Shown: piece after piece, positions 9,929 to 20,304 of the stretch
Layout of the letters: each line of letters opens with the position of its first letter
Numbering within the stretch: the stretch's first letter is position 1
From: an uncultured cyanobacterium
GTDB lineage: Bacteria > Cyanobacteriota > Cyanobacteriia > PCC-6307 > Cyanobiaceae
Length of the DNA: 64,000 nt
Direction: 5' to 3'
Assembly (NCBI GenBank): GCA_963765575.1
Contig: CAVXWZ010000011.1
Location: 512,001 to 576,000 of the forward strand
Made by a program: the position numbers and the translations under genes
Notes under the pieces: model-generated
Databases searched by the model: none
Told to the model about the DNA's origin: nothing
Seen by the model: the letters and a program-made list of their open reading frames with translations, nothing else

Positions 9929-11434
9929 TTACGCCGCGTCGGAGTTCGACACACCGCGTAATGTCGATGCCGGCCTTGCCCTGCCGCCGCGGGCCCATTG
10001 CTGCAGCTGCTCCAGTTGCTCCCGGGCCGTGCGCGAGAGCGGCACCACCTGGGTTGCCGCTGCCACCAGGTCGGCCTCGCCAAACTCCCGGGCCTCGGCG
10101 TAGGCGAGGTGCATGGCCTCGATCACGGTCTGCTCCAGCTCGGCACCGGAAAACCCCATGGTGCGGTCCACCAGGACCTCCAGCGGAATGCGGTGCTGGG
10201 GCCTCCGGCGGCGCAGCTGCAGGTCGAGAATGGCGTGGCGCTCCTCGGGGCTCGGCAGGTCGAGCAGGAAGATTTCGTCGAAGCGGCCCTTGCGCAGCAA
10301 TTCTCCCGGCAGGCGCTCGACGGCGTTGGCGGTGGCGACCACGAACACGGCACTGGTTTTCTCCGCCATCCAGGTGAGCACCGTGCCCAGCACCCGCTGG
10401 CTGGTGCCGCCGTCGCTGCGGGAGTCGCCGCCGAAGCCCTTGTCGATCTCATCGATCCAGAGCACGCAGGGGGCCATCGCCTCCGCCCGCTGAATCATCT
10501 CCCGGGTGCGGGCCTCGGAGGCGCCCACGAGTCCGGCGAACAGGCGACCCACATCCAGCCGCAGCAGCGGCATGCTCCAGCTGTGGGCGATCGCCTTGGC
10601 GGTGAGTGACTTGCCGGTGCCTTGGGGGCCCACCAACAGCACGCCCCGGGGCAGGGGCAGGCCGTAGCTGCGGGCCTCCTGGCTGAAGGCCATGTGGCGC
10701 TGCTCCAGCCAGTGCTTGAGCGCATCGAGCCCGCCGATGTCCGCCGGGGTGGCTTCGCTGGGGCAGTACTCCAGCAGCTCGCTTTTGGCGATGGCCTGGC
10801 GCTTTTCCTCCAGCACCTCGGCCAGGTCCTCCTCGCTCAGGCGGCCACGGCGGGCCAGGGCCCGGGCCGCCAGCTGGCGCACCCGCTGCTCACTCAGCCC
10901 GTGGCAGGCGGCGGTCAGTTCGGCCAGCACGTCCGGGTCGAGGGGCTGGCCGCAGGCGCTGGCGATCGACCCCAGCAGGCGGCTGATTTCGGCGGCATCC
11001 GGCAACGGCAGCTCCAGCAGCGTGATGCTGTCATCCAGCTCCGCTGGCACCTGCCACTCCGGGGCGGTGATCACCACGGTGCGGGGCACCTGACGCAACG
11101 CGGAGGCCAGGTTGCGCAGGCGGCGGCAGATGCCGGCGTCCTCGCAGTAGCGGTGGAAATCGCGCAGCACCAGGATCGCCCCCTGCTCGGCGGGCAGGTT
11201 GTCGAGGCCCGCCAGAGCGGCCATGGGATTGCGGGCCGCCTCGCCCTGACGGTTGGGAGCACCGCTGAGGCCGTCGATGAAATCCCAGCGCAGCAGGGTG
11301 CGGTGGTCGAGGCGTGCCGCAGCCTGCTCGAGCAGGGTCTCCACCCGCGCTTCCTCCAGGCTGCGGATCCAGAGGATCGGCGTGCGCGAACGGATCAGCA
11401 GATCCAGCTGGTCGGTCCAGGGGACGGCGTTCAT
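9929..11434 (-). CDS. ycf46: Ycf46-family AAA+ ATPase
   Basis: LLIRSRTPILWI..EE.R, DIGGL..LK.W, GPQGTGKS (Walker A), LWIDEIDK (Walker B), RKGRFDEIF. Confidence 0.88.
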   Translation of the reverse strand: MNAVPWTDQLDLLIRSRTPILWIRSLEEARVETLLEQAAARLDHRTLLRWDFIDGLSGAPNRQGEAARNPMAALAGLDNLPAEQGAILVLRDFHRYCEDAGICRRLRNLASALRQVPRTVVITAPEWQVPAELDDSITLLELPLPDAAEISRLLGSIASACGQPLDPDVLAELTAACHGLSEQRVRQLAARALARRGRLSEEDLAEVLEEKRQAIAKSELLEYCPSEATPADIGGLDALKHWLEQRHMAFSQEARSYGLPLPRGVLLVGPQGTGKSLTAKAIAHSWSMPLLRLDVGRLFAGLVGASEARTREMIQRAEAMAPCVLWIDEIDKGFGGDSRSDGGTSQRVLGTVLTWMAEKTSAVFVVATANAVERLPGELLRKGRFDEIFLLDLPSPEERHAILDLQLRRRRPQHRIPLEVLVDRTMGFSGAELEQTVIEAMHLAYAEAREFGEADLVAAATQVVPLSRTAREQLEQLQQWARGGRARPASTLRGVSNSDAA

Positions 11435-12081
11435 GCCGGTGCCTCTGCCTGCCCGGCCGCTGGCGGCTGCAGCGCCGTCAGTGCCGCCCAGCGCGGATCC
11501 ACCACCGGCTGGCCATGGCCCCAGCTGGCCGGTCCTGCACAGTCGGGACCGCAGCGGTTGACCAGCGGCAGCTGCAGGCTGAGCTGCTCGAAGGTCCAGT
11601 GGCCCGGATCGAAGCAGCCGCCCGGATCGATCTCCTCACCGCAGGCCTCCAGGCTGGCCCCAACGCCGCCCTCGCCGCCAGCGGCGGCAAGTTCGCCCAG
11701 GGCAATGTCCAGCACCGCTTCATCCGCATCGCTCGGCCCCGTCCTGCCCTGGCCCGCTTCGGCGGCCCTGGCTGGGGCGCCATCAGCGCTGCCCTGGCGC
11801 AGCCAGAGGAGTTCCCGGGTGCGGAAGCGCAGGGGATGGTTGTAGCGCTGCAGGCAGCGGTCGCAGCAGAGGCTGACGATCGTTTCGGCCTCCCCGTTCA
11901 CCTCCAGCAGCGCCCCGCGATGCACGGCCCGCAGCTCGCCGCGCACCGGCGTCAGGCTGGCCAGGCCGTCGAGGTGCTGGGCCACGGTCCACCTGTGTCC
12001 TTCGCAGTGAGCACGCAGCTCCTGGATCGGCACAGGGCGCAGGGGGCTGGCCGCCCCAGAGCCTGTGGAGCGAGCGGCCAT
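11431..12081 (-). CDS. YceD/DUF177 family metal-binding protein
   Basis: CCDRCL and EQLSLQLP..NRCGPDC.G..VDPRWAAL motifs; downstream of yidC. Confidence 0.85.
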   Translation of the reverse strand: MAARSTGSGAASPLRPVPIQELRAHCEGHRWTVAQHLDGLASLTPVRGELRAVHRGALLEVNGEAETIVSLCCDRCLQRYNHPLRFRTRELLWLRQGSADGAPARAAEAGQGRTGPSDADEAVLDIALGELAAAGGEGGVGASLEACGEEIDPGGCFDPGHWTFEQLSLQLPLVNRCGPDCAGPASWGHGQPVVDPRWAALTALQPPAAGQAEAPA

Positions 12082-12086
12082 GGTGC

Positions 12087-13229
12087 CTACTTGCGCCCCT
12101 TCGGCTCAAAGGGCAGACGGCCGCCGGAACCACCGCCGGCGCCGGCCGTGACGGTGACCGCCTGCTGGGCGATCTGCTGGTCGAGGATCTTCTGCAGATT
12201 CTCCGGCAGGGCCTCACGGGTGAGCAGGAAGGTCTGCAGCGCCTGGAAGATGTTGGCCACCACCATGTAGAGGAGAACGCCGGCGGGCAGTGGGAAGAAC
12301 AGGAACATCGCCGTGATCATCACCGGTGTGATCTTGTTGGCGGTGGACTGCTGGGGATTGGGGGGCATGCCCCTGCCCGAGAGGATCTGGGAGAAGAACA
12401 GGGTGGCTCCGAAGCCCGCCACCAGGATGGCGATGTCCCAGTTCACCCCACCGTCGCCCATGAAGCCCACCTGACCGAGGGCCTGGATGAACAGGAAACC
12501 GCTGCGGGCGGCCAGGCCGGGAATCTTGGCCTCCACCGTGGCGTCACCAGGGGCCAGGGCGGTGATCTTGCCGTTGTCATCCACGCTCACCACACCCTCG
12601 CCGCGGGTCACCTCCCAGCTGGGGGCAAAGCTGCGGCCACTCTCACCGCTCTCGAGCACGGAGCTGAAGCTCTCGCCGTCCTTGGTGTGCAGGTTCACGG
12701 TCTGGAAATCGCCCACCCCCAGCTTGGTGCCGCTCTCCAGGCTGCCGATCACCGGCAGGTGGTTGGTGGAGGAGAGAAAGATCGAGTGGCTGGCGGTGTT
12801 GAAGGGTTTGGTCTCCACCGCAGCGATCTGATCGGCCGGCAGCACCTTGATGTTGAAGGTGTAGGGCACGTCGGCGAACGGTGAACCGCGCAGGGTCGCG
12901 AACAGGGCGAACAGGATCGGCATCTGCACCAGCAGGGGCAGGCAGCCCGCCAGCGGACTGCCGAACTCCTTCATCAGCTTGCCGAGCTCTTCCTGTTGCT
13001 TCTGGGGATTGCTGGCGTAGCGGCTCTTGATCTCGGCCTGGCGCTGCTGCATCACCGGCTGGGCAATGCGCATGCGGCGGGCATTGCGGATCGAGCCGGC
13101 GCTCAGGGGGAAGAGGGCCAGGCGGATCACCACGGTGAGGGCGATGATCGCCAGCCCGTAGCTGGGCACCAATCCGTAGAAGAAGTCGAGGATCGGGATC
13201 AGCAGGTTGTCGGAGATGTAGCCGATCAC
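12087..13229 (-). CDS. yidC: Membrane protein insertase YidC/Alb3
   Basis: [48 protein letters not shown] start at 13229. Confidence 0.95.
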   Translation of the reverse strand: MIGYISDNLLIPILDFFYGLVPSYGLAIIALTVVIRLALFPLSAGSIRNARRMRIAQPVMQQRQAEIKSRYASNPQKQQEELGKLMKEFGSPLAGCLPLLVQMPILFALFATLRGSPFADVPYTFNIKVLPADQIAAVETKPFNTASHSIFLSSTNHLPVIGSLESGTKLGVGDFQTVNLHTKDGESFSSVLESGESGRSFAPSWEVTRGEGVVSVDDNGKITALAPGDATVEAKIPGLAARSGFLFIQALGQVGFMGDGGVNWDIAILVAGFGATLFFSQILSGRGMPPNPQQSTANKITPVMITAMFLFFPLPAGVLLYMVVANIFQALQTFLLTREALPENLQKILDQQIAQQAVTVTAGAGGGSGGRLPFEPKGRK

Positions 13230-13311
13230 GGCGGGGGAGCTCGGGGGCAGGGGGTCAGCGTGGCTCAGTGTGCCTGAACGCTGTGGCTTGGTGGGGGGCG
13301 GATGGCCCGAT

Positions 13312-13749
13312 TCAGGCGGCCATGCCCTTCGGACGGGCCGGGGGGGCGCTGGCGGCCCGGCGCTCCTCGATGTAGGCCTCGACCTCGCGGAAGCGGGGCA
13401 GGGAGCGCATCTCAAGCTTGGCGCCATCGTTGAGCACCAGCACCATGTCGCCCCAGGCCCCGAATCCGCGGGGCACGCTGCGCACCTCGCGGATCTGGCT
13501 GTACACCACCTGGGAGCGTTCGCGGCCCCTCCAGCCGCCGTTCACCTCAATTCGACGGCTGGTGATCCGGAACCGCAGCCAGAGGGCCCGCACGATGGCC
13601 CCCACGGCGAAGGGAAGACCGATCACGGTGAGGCCGAAGAGCAGGTTGAGAACAAGATCGCCGCGGGCGGGGCCCCCGGCGTAAAACTCTGTTTCCTGGA
13701 TCGGCAATTGGCTCGTTGGCCGGCTCTCGGCACCGCTCGGCTGGCTCAT
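13312..13749 (-). CDS. Bacterial PH-domain membrane protein
   Basis: [13 protein letters not shown] pair, [29 protein letters not shown]; sits between rnpA and yidC. Confidence 0.82.
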   Translation of the reverse strand: MSQPSGAESRPTSQLPIQETEFYAGGPARGDLVLNLLFGLTVIGLPFAVGAIVRALWLRFRITSRRIEVNGGWRGRERSQVVYSQIREVRSVPRGFGAWGDMVLVLNDGAKLEMRSLPRFREVEAYIEERRAASAPPARPKGMAA

Positions 13750-14129
13750 GGCGTCAGACCTGCCCGTTGCAGAAGGTGTTGACATTCTCCCAGCAGCTCG
13801 CCGCTGGCGCGTTCGGCGCTGCCCGGCTTGAGGCTGATCACCAGCCACACCGGCCCGCTCGCCGCGGCGATCGACAGGGTCACCAGCTGCTGATGCAGCA
13901 GCCGACGCAGGCGATTGCGCTGCACCGCCCGCTTGTGAACCTTCGTGCTCACCACCACGCCGGCTCTCCAGGCGCTGGCCGGATGGTCGCGGTCGCTGGG
14001 GGGGAGCAGATCGGCCCTGGCGGGGAGCCAGCGCAGCACAATCGACTCTCCCTGGCAGGTGCGCCCCCTGCGGTAGAGCGTGCTGAAGAGGCGTTGGCCC
14101 CGCAGGCGATGCCGCTGGGGCAGGGCCAT
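13746..14129 (-). CDS. rnpA: Ribonuclease P protein component
   Basis: MALP..HRL, VVSTKVHKRAVQRNRLRR (RNR motif). Confidence 0.93.
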   Translation of the reverse strand: MALPQRHRLRGQRLFSTLYRRGRTCQGESIVLRWLPARADLLPPSDRDHPASAWRAGVVVSTKVHKRAVQRNRLRRLLHQQLVTLSIAAASGPVWLVISLKPGSAERASGELLGECQHLLQRAGLTP

Positions 14130-14167
14130 CGACGCCGATGCTCAGGTGGGCCGGATCAGCACGGCGC

Positions 14168-14305
14168 TCAAACCGCCAGACGGCTGCGGCCGCGGCGCCG
14201 GCGTGAGCGGATCAGGCGACGACCGGTGTGGGTGCGCATGCGCACCCGGAAACCCGATACCCGTTTGCGCTTGCGGCTTGTGCCTTCGAGTGTGCGTTTG
14301 GTCAT
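14168..14305 (-). CDS. rpmH: 50S ribosomal protein L34 (not in ORF track)
   Basis: Translates [45 protein letters not shown]; directly upstream of rnpA. Confidence 0.97.
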   Translation of the reverse strand: MTKRTLEGTSRKRKRVSGFRVRMRTHTGRRLIRSRRRRGRSRLAV

Positions 14306-14400
14306 GGTGTTCTCGTCGCCTCCCTCGTCCCAACTGAAAATTTCGCAACAGCCAACCTATCAGGCGAGGCTGGCCAACTCCGGCACGGCCCGCTGGGGCC

Positions 14401-15021
14401 TCAGAAGCCGGTGGGGTCGATCTGGATCAACCAGCTGCCCAAATAGCCGGAGATGGGCACCTCGCCGGGGGCCTGGGCCAGGGCATTGAACTGGTACATG
14501 CCGGCGTTGAAGGGATTGAACAGGCGGATGTTGACGCCGATGGTCTCGGTGTCGGCCACGGGGACGTCCGGGAAGATGTCCAGCACGCGGCCGTTTTCGC
14601 TCAATTCGATCGTGGCCGCGATGGTCTCATCGCAGCGGGTGCGCGACAGCATCCCGCCCTCGCGCATCTTGCAGAGCTGCACCCGGTCGGTGTCGATGGT
14701 GGCGTCGAAGTGCTCAGGGATTGTCACCGTGAGCTTGAGGATGGCCGTGTTGCGATCCTTCGGCCGCAGGATCAGGAAATACTCCGAGCGTTTCTGGCGC
14801 TGGGTGTCGCTGACGAAGTAGTAAAGCTTGCGGTAGTTGGAATTGTTCTCCCAGCGGAACTCCAGCAGGCTGGGGGTGCCCTGGGCGAGAACGGCGGGCT
14901 GACCAGCCACCAGGCCGATCATGCCCAGGCCGAGGGCTGATCCCAGCAGAGCCAGGGCACGGCGCCCTCGGCCGAGGCGCTGGAGCCTCTGCAGGGGTCT
15001 AGGTCGTGAGGAGAACAGCAT
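14401..15021 (-). CDS. DUF2808-family exported protein
   Basis: Signal peptide, LLEFRW, FNP..AGMYQFN...G..P...YLGSW; position upstream of rpmH. Confidence 0.78.
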   Translation of the reverse strand: MLFSSRPRPLQRLQRLGRGRRALALLGSALGLGMIGLVAGQPAVLAQGTPSLLEFRWENNSNYRKLYYFVSDTQRQKRSEYFLILRPKDRNTAILKLTVTIPEHFDATIDTDRVQLCKMREGGMLSRTRCDETIAATIELSENGRVLDIFPDVPVADTETIGVNIRLFNPFNAGMYQFNALAQAPGEVPISGYLGSWLIQIDPTGF

Positions 15022-15100
15022 GGGCTGATGGTGGCGCACGGGAGATGGTTTCAATTCTCAGCAGTGCTCCAGGGCGCTGGAGCGGCGGGTGGTCGGCCCG

Positions 15101-15475
15101 TTAGCTGGCGCGGTCGGGGCGCAGCCGGCTCGCCTCACGCAGATAGGGGTGGCAGGCCTGCCGGTCGCCCGCCATCCAGGCATGGGCCAGCAGGCGGATG
15201 CAACGGGGCAGATCCCCGGCCACCGCCATCTGCTGGCAGTCGAGCAGGGCCACCTGTTCCCAGTCCGGCCGGCGGCGGGCGACGGCGGCGGGAAAGCAGG
15301 CATCGAGGTCGGCCGTGACCGAAAAGGTCACCGACACCACCTGCTGGCCCACGAGACCGTTGCGATCCATCAGTTCCGCCACCAGTTCCGCCACCGCCGA
15401 ATCGATGGCCTCGCTGGTGTTGGCGGTGGCGGTGGTGGCGCCGCGCAGGGCCCGCAGCTGCAGGGGAGCACTCAT
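15101..15475 (-). CDS. aroH: Chorismate mutase, AroH class
   Basis: LRALRGATT, FSVTADLDACFPA, QQMAVAGDLPRCIR, YL.EA..LRPD. Confidence 0.93.
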   Translation of the reverse strand: MSAPLQLRALRGATTATANTSEAIDSAVAELVAELMDRNGLVGQQVVSVTFSVTADLDACFPAAVARRRPDWEQVALLDCQQMAVAGDLPRCIRLLAHAWMAGDRQACHPYLREASRLRPDRAS

Positions 15476-16285
15476 GGACGCCAGAGCCACAGCGGCAGGC
15501 CGCTCCAGCTGAGCTCCAGGCTCAGGGCCTGGGTCAGGGCACGCAGGCCCGAGCGGCCCGGGATCAGGCCGGCGAAACGCTTCGGTGCGGCGCCGAACTC
15601 GGTGGGCCGACAGCGCTCGGGATCCAGCTCGGCCAGTTCGGCGGCCAGGCGCCGGGCCCGGTCCTCGTCGCCCAGTTCATCCACCAGGCCGAGCTCCAGG
15701 GCCTGGGCACCGCTGAACACCCGGCCGTCGGCGAAGGCGCGCACCGCCTTGCTCGCTCAGGCCCCGCCCCTCGGCCACCGCCGCCACGAACTGGCCGTAG
15801 CTGGAGTCGATCAGGCCCTGCAACAGGTCCCGTTCGGCCTCGGTGAGGCCGCGATCGGGGGAGAGGATGTCCTTGTAGAGCCCGCTCTTCACGGTTTCGA
15901 AGCTCACCCCGAGGCGCTTGAGCAGCTTGGAGAGGTTGTTGCCCCGCAGGATCACGCCGATCGAGCCGGTGATCGTGCCGGGGTTGGCCACCACCTGCTC
16001 GGCCGCCATGCCGATGTACACGCCGCCGGAGGCGGAGATGTTGCCGAAGCTGGCCACCACTCGGCAGCCCTTCTGGCGCAGTCGCAGCAGCGCGGCGTGG
16101 ATCTCCTGGCTGTCGCCCACGGTGCCGCCGGGGCTGTCGATGCGCAGCAGCAGGGCCGGGCACTCCCGTTGCTGCACCTGGCGGATGGCCTTGAGCACCC
16201 GCTTGCGGGTGCCGCCGGCGATCGGGCCCTCGATGGCGATCCGGGCCAGGGTGCGGCGGGACTTTCGTCGCCAGGGCCAGGCCAT
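15472..16285 (-). CDS. sppA: Signal peptide peptidase SppA (36K type); +1 frameshift at ~15750
   Basis: LRIDSPGG, ASGGVY, TGSIGV and KSG.YKD in ORF 15677-16285; ADGRVFSG.QA..LGLVDELG in ORF 15472-15744. Confidence 0.9.
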
Positions 16286-16405
16286 GCGCTGTGATTGAAG
16301 AGTGGCTGGATCTTAAAAACAGGCCACGTCCCAGGCCACGGCCCTGAATCCCCGGCGGTTCGCCCATGCGCCGCCGGCCCCCTGCTCCCCTCGCGTTCCC
16401 GCCTG

Positions 16406-17365
16406 TTGCCTTCCCTGCTGCGGCCCTTGGCGATGCTGCTGCCCTTCGCGCTCTGGGGCACGGCGATGGCGGCGATGCGCCCCCTGCTTGATGGCGGCAC
16501 CCCCCTGCAGGTGGCCTGCCTGCGACTGCTGCCCGCCGGCGCGGTGGTGTTGCTGGCGGCCGTGGTGCTGCGTCGTCCGCTGGCGGTGGACCGCCGCGAC
16601 TGGCCCTTTCTGCTGGCGTTCACCGTGGTGGACGCGAGCCTGTTTCAGGGGCTGCTCGCGCGGGGGCTGGCCCAGACCGGCGCCGGCCTGGGCTCGGTGC
16701 TGATCGACTCCCAGCCGCTGCTGGTGGCGCTGCTGGCCCGCAGCCTCTTCGGTGAGGCGATCAATCCGGTGGGCTGGCTGGGGCTGCTGCTGGGTCTGCT
16801 GGGCATCCTCTGCCTGGGGCTGCCGGCGCCGCTGCTGGGCCACTGGTGGCTGCAGGGGCCGGTCGCCACGGGGGTGCGGCCCTTGAGCCACGGTGAGCTG
16901 TGGATGCTGGCGGCGGCGGCGGCGATGGCGGTGGGCACGGTGCTCTGCCGTTACGCCTGCCGCCACAGCGATCCCGTGGTGGTCACCGGCTGGCACCTGC
17001 TGCTCGGTGGGCTGCCGCTGCTGGTGCTGGCCGAGCTGCCGGTGCTGTCTGGCGGCGCCTGGCTGCCCCAGTGGTCGGCCGGCCAGTGGGGGCTGATGGC
17101 CTATGCCTCCCTGCTCGGCAGCGGCCTGGCCTATGGCCTGTTCTTCTGGTTCGCCAGCCGCGGTGACCTCACGGGCTTCACCGCCCTCACCTTCCTGACC
17201 CCCGTGTTTGCCCTGCTCTGCGGAGTGCTGTGGCTGGACGAGCAGTTGCAGCCCCTGCAGTGGCTTGGGGCCGCCCTGGCGCTGGGCTCGGTGCTGCTGA
17301 TCAACCGTCGCCAGGTGCTGTGGCGGCGCCTGCCCGCCGTGGCCACCGGCGGCGGCGGCGCCTGA
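16406..17365 (+). CDS. EamA/DMT family transporter (start uncertain)
   Basis: About 10 hydrophobic segments, LWG, QPLLVALLA..LFGE, FLTPVFA..G...L.E. Confidence 0.87.
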   Translation: MPSLLRPLAMLLPFALWGTAMAAMRPLLDGGTPLQVACLRLLPAGAVVLLAAVVLRRPLAVDRRDWPFLLAFTVVDASLFQGLLARGLAQTGAGLGSVLIDSQPLLVALLARSLFGEAINPVGWLGLLLGLLGILCLGLPAPLLGHWWLQGPVATGVRPLSHGELWMLAAAAAMAVGTVLCRYACRHSDPVVVTGWHLLLGGLPLLVLAELPVLSGGAWLPQWSAGQWGLMAYASLLGSGLAYGLFFWFASRGDLTGFTALTFLTPVFALLCGVLWLDEQLQPLQWLGAALALGSVLLINRRQVLWRRLPAVATGGGGA

Positions 17366-18450
17366 TGCGGCTGCTGGTGGTGAGCACCCCGGTGGGGGCC
17401 TTGGGCAGCGGCCGGGGCGGCGGCGTCGAAGTCACGGCCCTCGCCCTGGTGGCGGGATTGCTGGAGCGGGGGCACGAGCTCACCGTGCTGGCGGCCGAGG
17501 GCTCCCGCCTGCCCGACTCCTGCGCCGGCGCCAGGCTCTGGGCTGAACGCGGCGTGGATCAGCCCAGCTGGCAGCACCGGGCCCGCAGCGCCCCGGTGGA
17601 GCTGCCCGCCGATGCCCTGCTGGGCCGGCTCTGGCGCCGCGCCCTGAACCGCCAGGCCGACTTCGACGTGATCCTCAACCTGGCCTACGACTGGTTGCCC
17701 CTGTGGCTCACGCCCCATGCCGCCACCCCCCTGGCCCACCTGGTGAGCATGGGCTCGGTGGCGGTGGTGATGGATGGGCTGATCGCCGAGATCGCCCGCA
17801 GTCACCCCCAGCATCTGGCCTTCCACACAGCTGCCCAGGCGGCGGACTTCGACCTCCCCCGGCCGCCCCGGCTGGTGGGCAATGGCTTCGACCTCGCCCG
17901 CTACCGCTTTCAGGCGGAGCCCGTCGAGCTGCTGGGCTGGGCCGGTCGCATCGCCCCGGAGAAGGGCCTTGAGGACGCGGCCGCGGCCGCGGCCCGGCTG
18001 GGCCTGCCCCTGGCGGTCTGGGGGCTGCAGGAGGACCCCGCCTATGCCCAACGGGTGGAGGCTTCGGTGCCGCCGGGCACGCTGCAATGGCGCGGCTTCC
18101 TGCCCACCGAACGCTTGCAGGCGGAGCTGGGGCGCTGTGCGGTGCTGCTGAACACCCCGAAGTGGAACGAGGCCTTCGGCAACGTGGTGGTGGAGGCCCT
18201 GGCCTGCGGTGTGCCGGTGGCGGCCTACGCCCGCGGCGGGCCGGCGGAACTGGTGCAGGAGGGGCGCACCGGGGCGCTGGCGCCGCCCGACGATGTGGAG
18301 GCCCTGGTGGCGGCCGTGGGGCGCGCCCGCACCCTGGAGCGGCGCCACTGCCGGGCCTGGGTGGAGGCGCACTGCTCCCAGCAGGCCTTCGCCGCCCGCA
18401 TCGAGGCCTGGCTGGTGGCGCTGAGCGGCTGCGTGCTGCCCCACCGATAG
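17365..18450 (+). CDS. Glycosyltransferase family 4
   Basis: GGGVE, GRIAPEKGL, EAFGNVVVEALACGVPV; ATG overlaps DMT stop. Confidence 0.9.
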   Translation: MRLLVVSTPVGALGSGRGGGVEVTALALVAGLLERGHELTVLAAEGSRLPDSCAGARLWAERGVDQPSWQHRARSAPVELPADALLGRLWRRALNRQADFDVILNLAYDWLPLWLTPHAATPLAHLVSMGSVAVVMDGLIAEIARSHPQHLAFHTAAQAADFDLPRPPRLVGNGFDLARYRFQAEPVELLGWAGRIAPEKGLEDAAAAAARLGLPLAVWGLQEDPAYAQRVEASVPPGTLQWRGFLPTERLQAELGRCAVLLNTPKWNEAFGNVVVEALACGVPVAAYARGGPAELVQEGRTGALAPPDDVEALVAAVGRARTLERRHCRAWVEAHCSQQAFAARIEAWLVALSGCVLPHR

Positions 18451-18465
18451 GGTCGGCTCCGGCCG

Positions 18466-20304
18466 ATGCCCTCGCCGTTGGTGCCACGTTCCGCCGGCTT
18501 TCGCGATTCCAGGGGCGGCGGAGCGCTTGCCGTGCGGGTGCCCCTGCGTCGGGCGCGGCGGGTGGCGCTGCTGGCCCTGGCGCTGGGCCTGCTGCTGTTC
18601 GTCTGGCAGCTCGGCGTTACCGGCCTTGTGGATGAAACCCCACCTCTGTTCGCCGCCTCGGCCCGGGCCATGGCGGAGAGCGGCGACTGGCTGATTCCCC
18701 GCGTCAACGGCCTGCCCCGCTACGACAAGCCCCCGCTGGTGTACTGGGCGATGGGGCTGATTTATGCCCTGCCCGGCCAGGGTGACTGGGATCCGTTGGG
18801 CACCTGGGCGGCGCGGCTGCCGTCGGCGCTGGCCACCGTGGCGGCGATGCAGGCGCTGGTGCTGACCCTGCTGCGCTGGCCCCAGGCCCGGCGGCAACAG
18901 GCGGCCACCGCCCTGGCCGCCGGCCTGGCCTTCGCCCTCTCGCCCCTGGTGCTGCTGTGGGGGCGCATCGCCGTCAGCGATGCCCTGCTCACCGGCACCC
19001 TCACCCTCAGCCTGCTGCTGGCCTGGCAGAGCTATGCCGCTGGTGGCCGCCGCTGGTGGGCCAGCTGGCTGGTGCTGGGTCTGGCCGTGTTGGCCAAGGG
19101 GCCGGTGGCGCTGGTGCTGCAGGGCCTGACCCTGGCGCTGTTCGCCGTGGCGCAGGCCGACTGGCGCCGCCTCTGGGGCCGCCTCCATCCCCTGCGCGGG
19201 TTGCTGCTCACCACCCTGGTGGCCCTGCCCTGGTATGGCGCGGCGCTGCTGGTGGCAGGGGAGCCGTTCTGGCGCAGCTTTTTCGGCTATCACAACCTGC
19301 AGCGCTTCACCAGCGTGGTGAACGACCACCAGGCCCCCTGGTGGTTCTTCCTGCTGGTGCTGGTGCTGGCCAGCCTGCCCTTCACTCCCCTGCTGGTGCT
19401 GGGACTGGTGCGGGCCCTGCGGGGCCCCCTGCCGCCAGCGGAGCTGTCGTTGCAGCGTTTTGCGGCCTGCTGGCTGCTGGCGGTGCTGCTGTTCTTCAGC
19501 GTCGCCGCCACCAAGCTGCCCAGCTACTGGCTGCCCGCCACCCCGGCGGCCGCTCTGCTGGTCGCCCTGGCCGCCCAGCGCCGGCCCCGACTGGCGTGGC
19601 GGTTGTGCGCCCTGCCGGCGCTGCTGCTGGCGATGGCCTTCGCCAGCGGGCCGTTCTGGGTGCCCCTGATCGTCACCCCGGACATGCCGGAGCTGCCGGT
19701 GGCCCTGCTGGCCAGCGGGCGGCTGCCGCTGGCGGCGGCGTGCTTCGCGCTGGCCGGGGTCCTGGTGTTGCTGCGCTGGCGGCGCGGGTCGCCGGCGGCG
19801 CTGCTGGCCCTGCAGCTGCCGCTGGTGCTGTTCGTGCCCCTGGTGCTGCTGCCGCTCTGGCAGCTGGGGGACCAGTTGCGCGGTGAGCCGGTGCGGCGCC
19901 TGGCTGCGACAGCGCTGGAGCAATCTCCAACCAGTGGCCCCGGCCAGCCCCTGGCGATGGTGGGGATGCTCAAGCCCTCCCTGCACTTCTACGGGCGGCG
20001 GGTGGTGATCTACGAAGGGATTGAACCCGCCGGCCTGGTCAACCTGGCCGAGCGCCTGGCCAGCGAACGCCGGCAGGGGCAGGAGCCCAGCAGCCCCAGC
20101 CAGCAACCCGATCAGCTGCTGGTGATCGATGCCGAGACCGCGGCCCTGGCGCACTGGCGCGATCTGGATCCGGAGCTGCTGGACCAGGCCGGCATCTACC
20201 GCCTCTGGCGCCTGGATCGCCGTCGTCTGGAGCAGCGCGCCGCCCAACTGCAGGCCGCCGGGGTCATGCCCGACTGGCGCGATCCGCGGCCCGAGCGCTA
20301 CTGA
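18466..20304 (+). CDS. ArnT/PMT-family (GT-C) membrane glycosyltransferase
   Basis: DE..FA..AR.M...GDW..P..NG..RYDKPPLVYW, AARLPSA, LAKGPV, TKLPSYWLP. Confidence 0.88.
   Translation: MPSPLVPRSAGFRDSRGGGALAVRVPLRRARRVALLALALGLLLFVWQLGVTGLVDETPPLFAASARAMAESGDWLIPRVNGLPRYDKPPLVYWAMGLIYALPGQGDWDPLGTWAARLPSALATVAAMQALVLTLLRWPQARRQQAATALAAGLAFALSPLVLLWGRIAVSDALLTGTLTLSLLLAWQSYAAGGRRWWASWLVLGLAVLAKGPVALVLQGLTLALFAVAQADWRRLWGRLHPLRGLLLTTLVALPWYGAALLVAGEPFWRSFFGYHNLQRFTSVVNDHQAPWWFFLLVLVLASLPFTPLLVLGLVRALRGPLPPAELSLQRFAACWLLAVLLFFSVAATKLPSYWLPATPAAALLVALAAQRRPRLAWRLCALPALLLAMAFASGPFWVPLIVTPDMPELPVALLASGRLPLAAACFALAGVLVLLRWRRGSPAALLALQLPLVLFVPLVLLPLWQLGDQLRGEPVRRLAATALEQSPTSGPGQPLAMVGMLKPSLHFYGRRVVIYEGIEPAGLVNLAERLASERRQGQEPSSPSQQPDQLLVIDAETAALAHWRDLDPELLDQAGIYRLWRLDRRRLEQRAAQLQAAGVMPDWRDPRPERY

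Noticed and set aside
12087..14305. Replication origin expected near rpmH-rnpA-yidC; yidD displaced from this operon
   Set aside because: No dnaA, DnaA-box cluster or AT-rich unwinding element; this arrangement is ordinary for cyanobacteria
17131..20247. 1038-aa minus-strand ORF and many other long antisense ORFs (e.g. 27840-30200, 31782-34007, 52655-54562)
   Set aside because: Shadow frames of recognisable genes in high-GC DNA; no motifs, and their composition mirrors sense-strand codon bias
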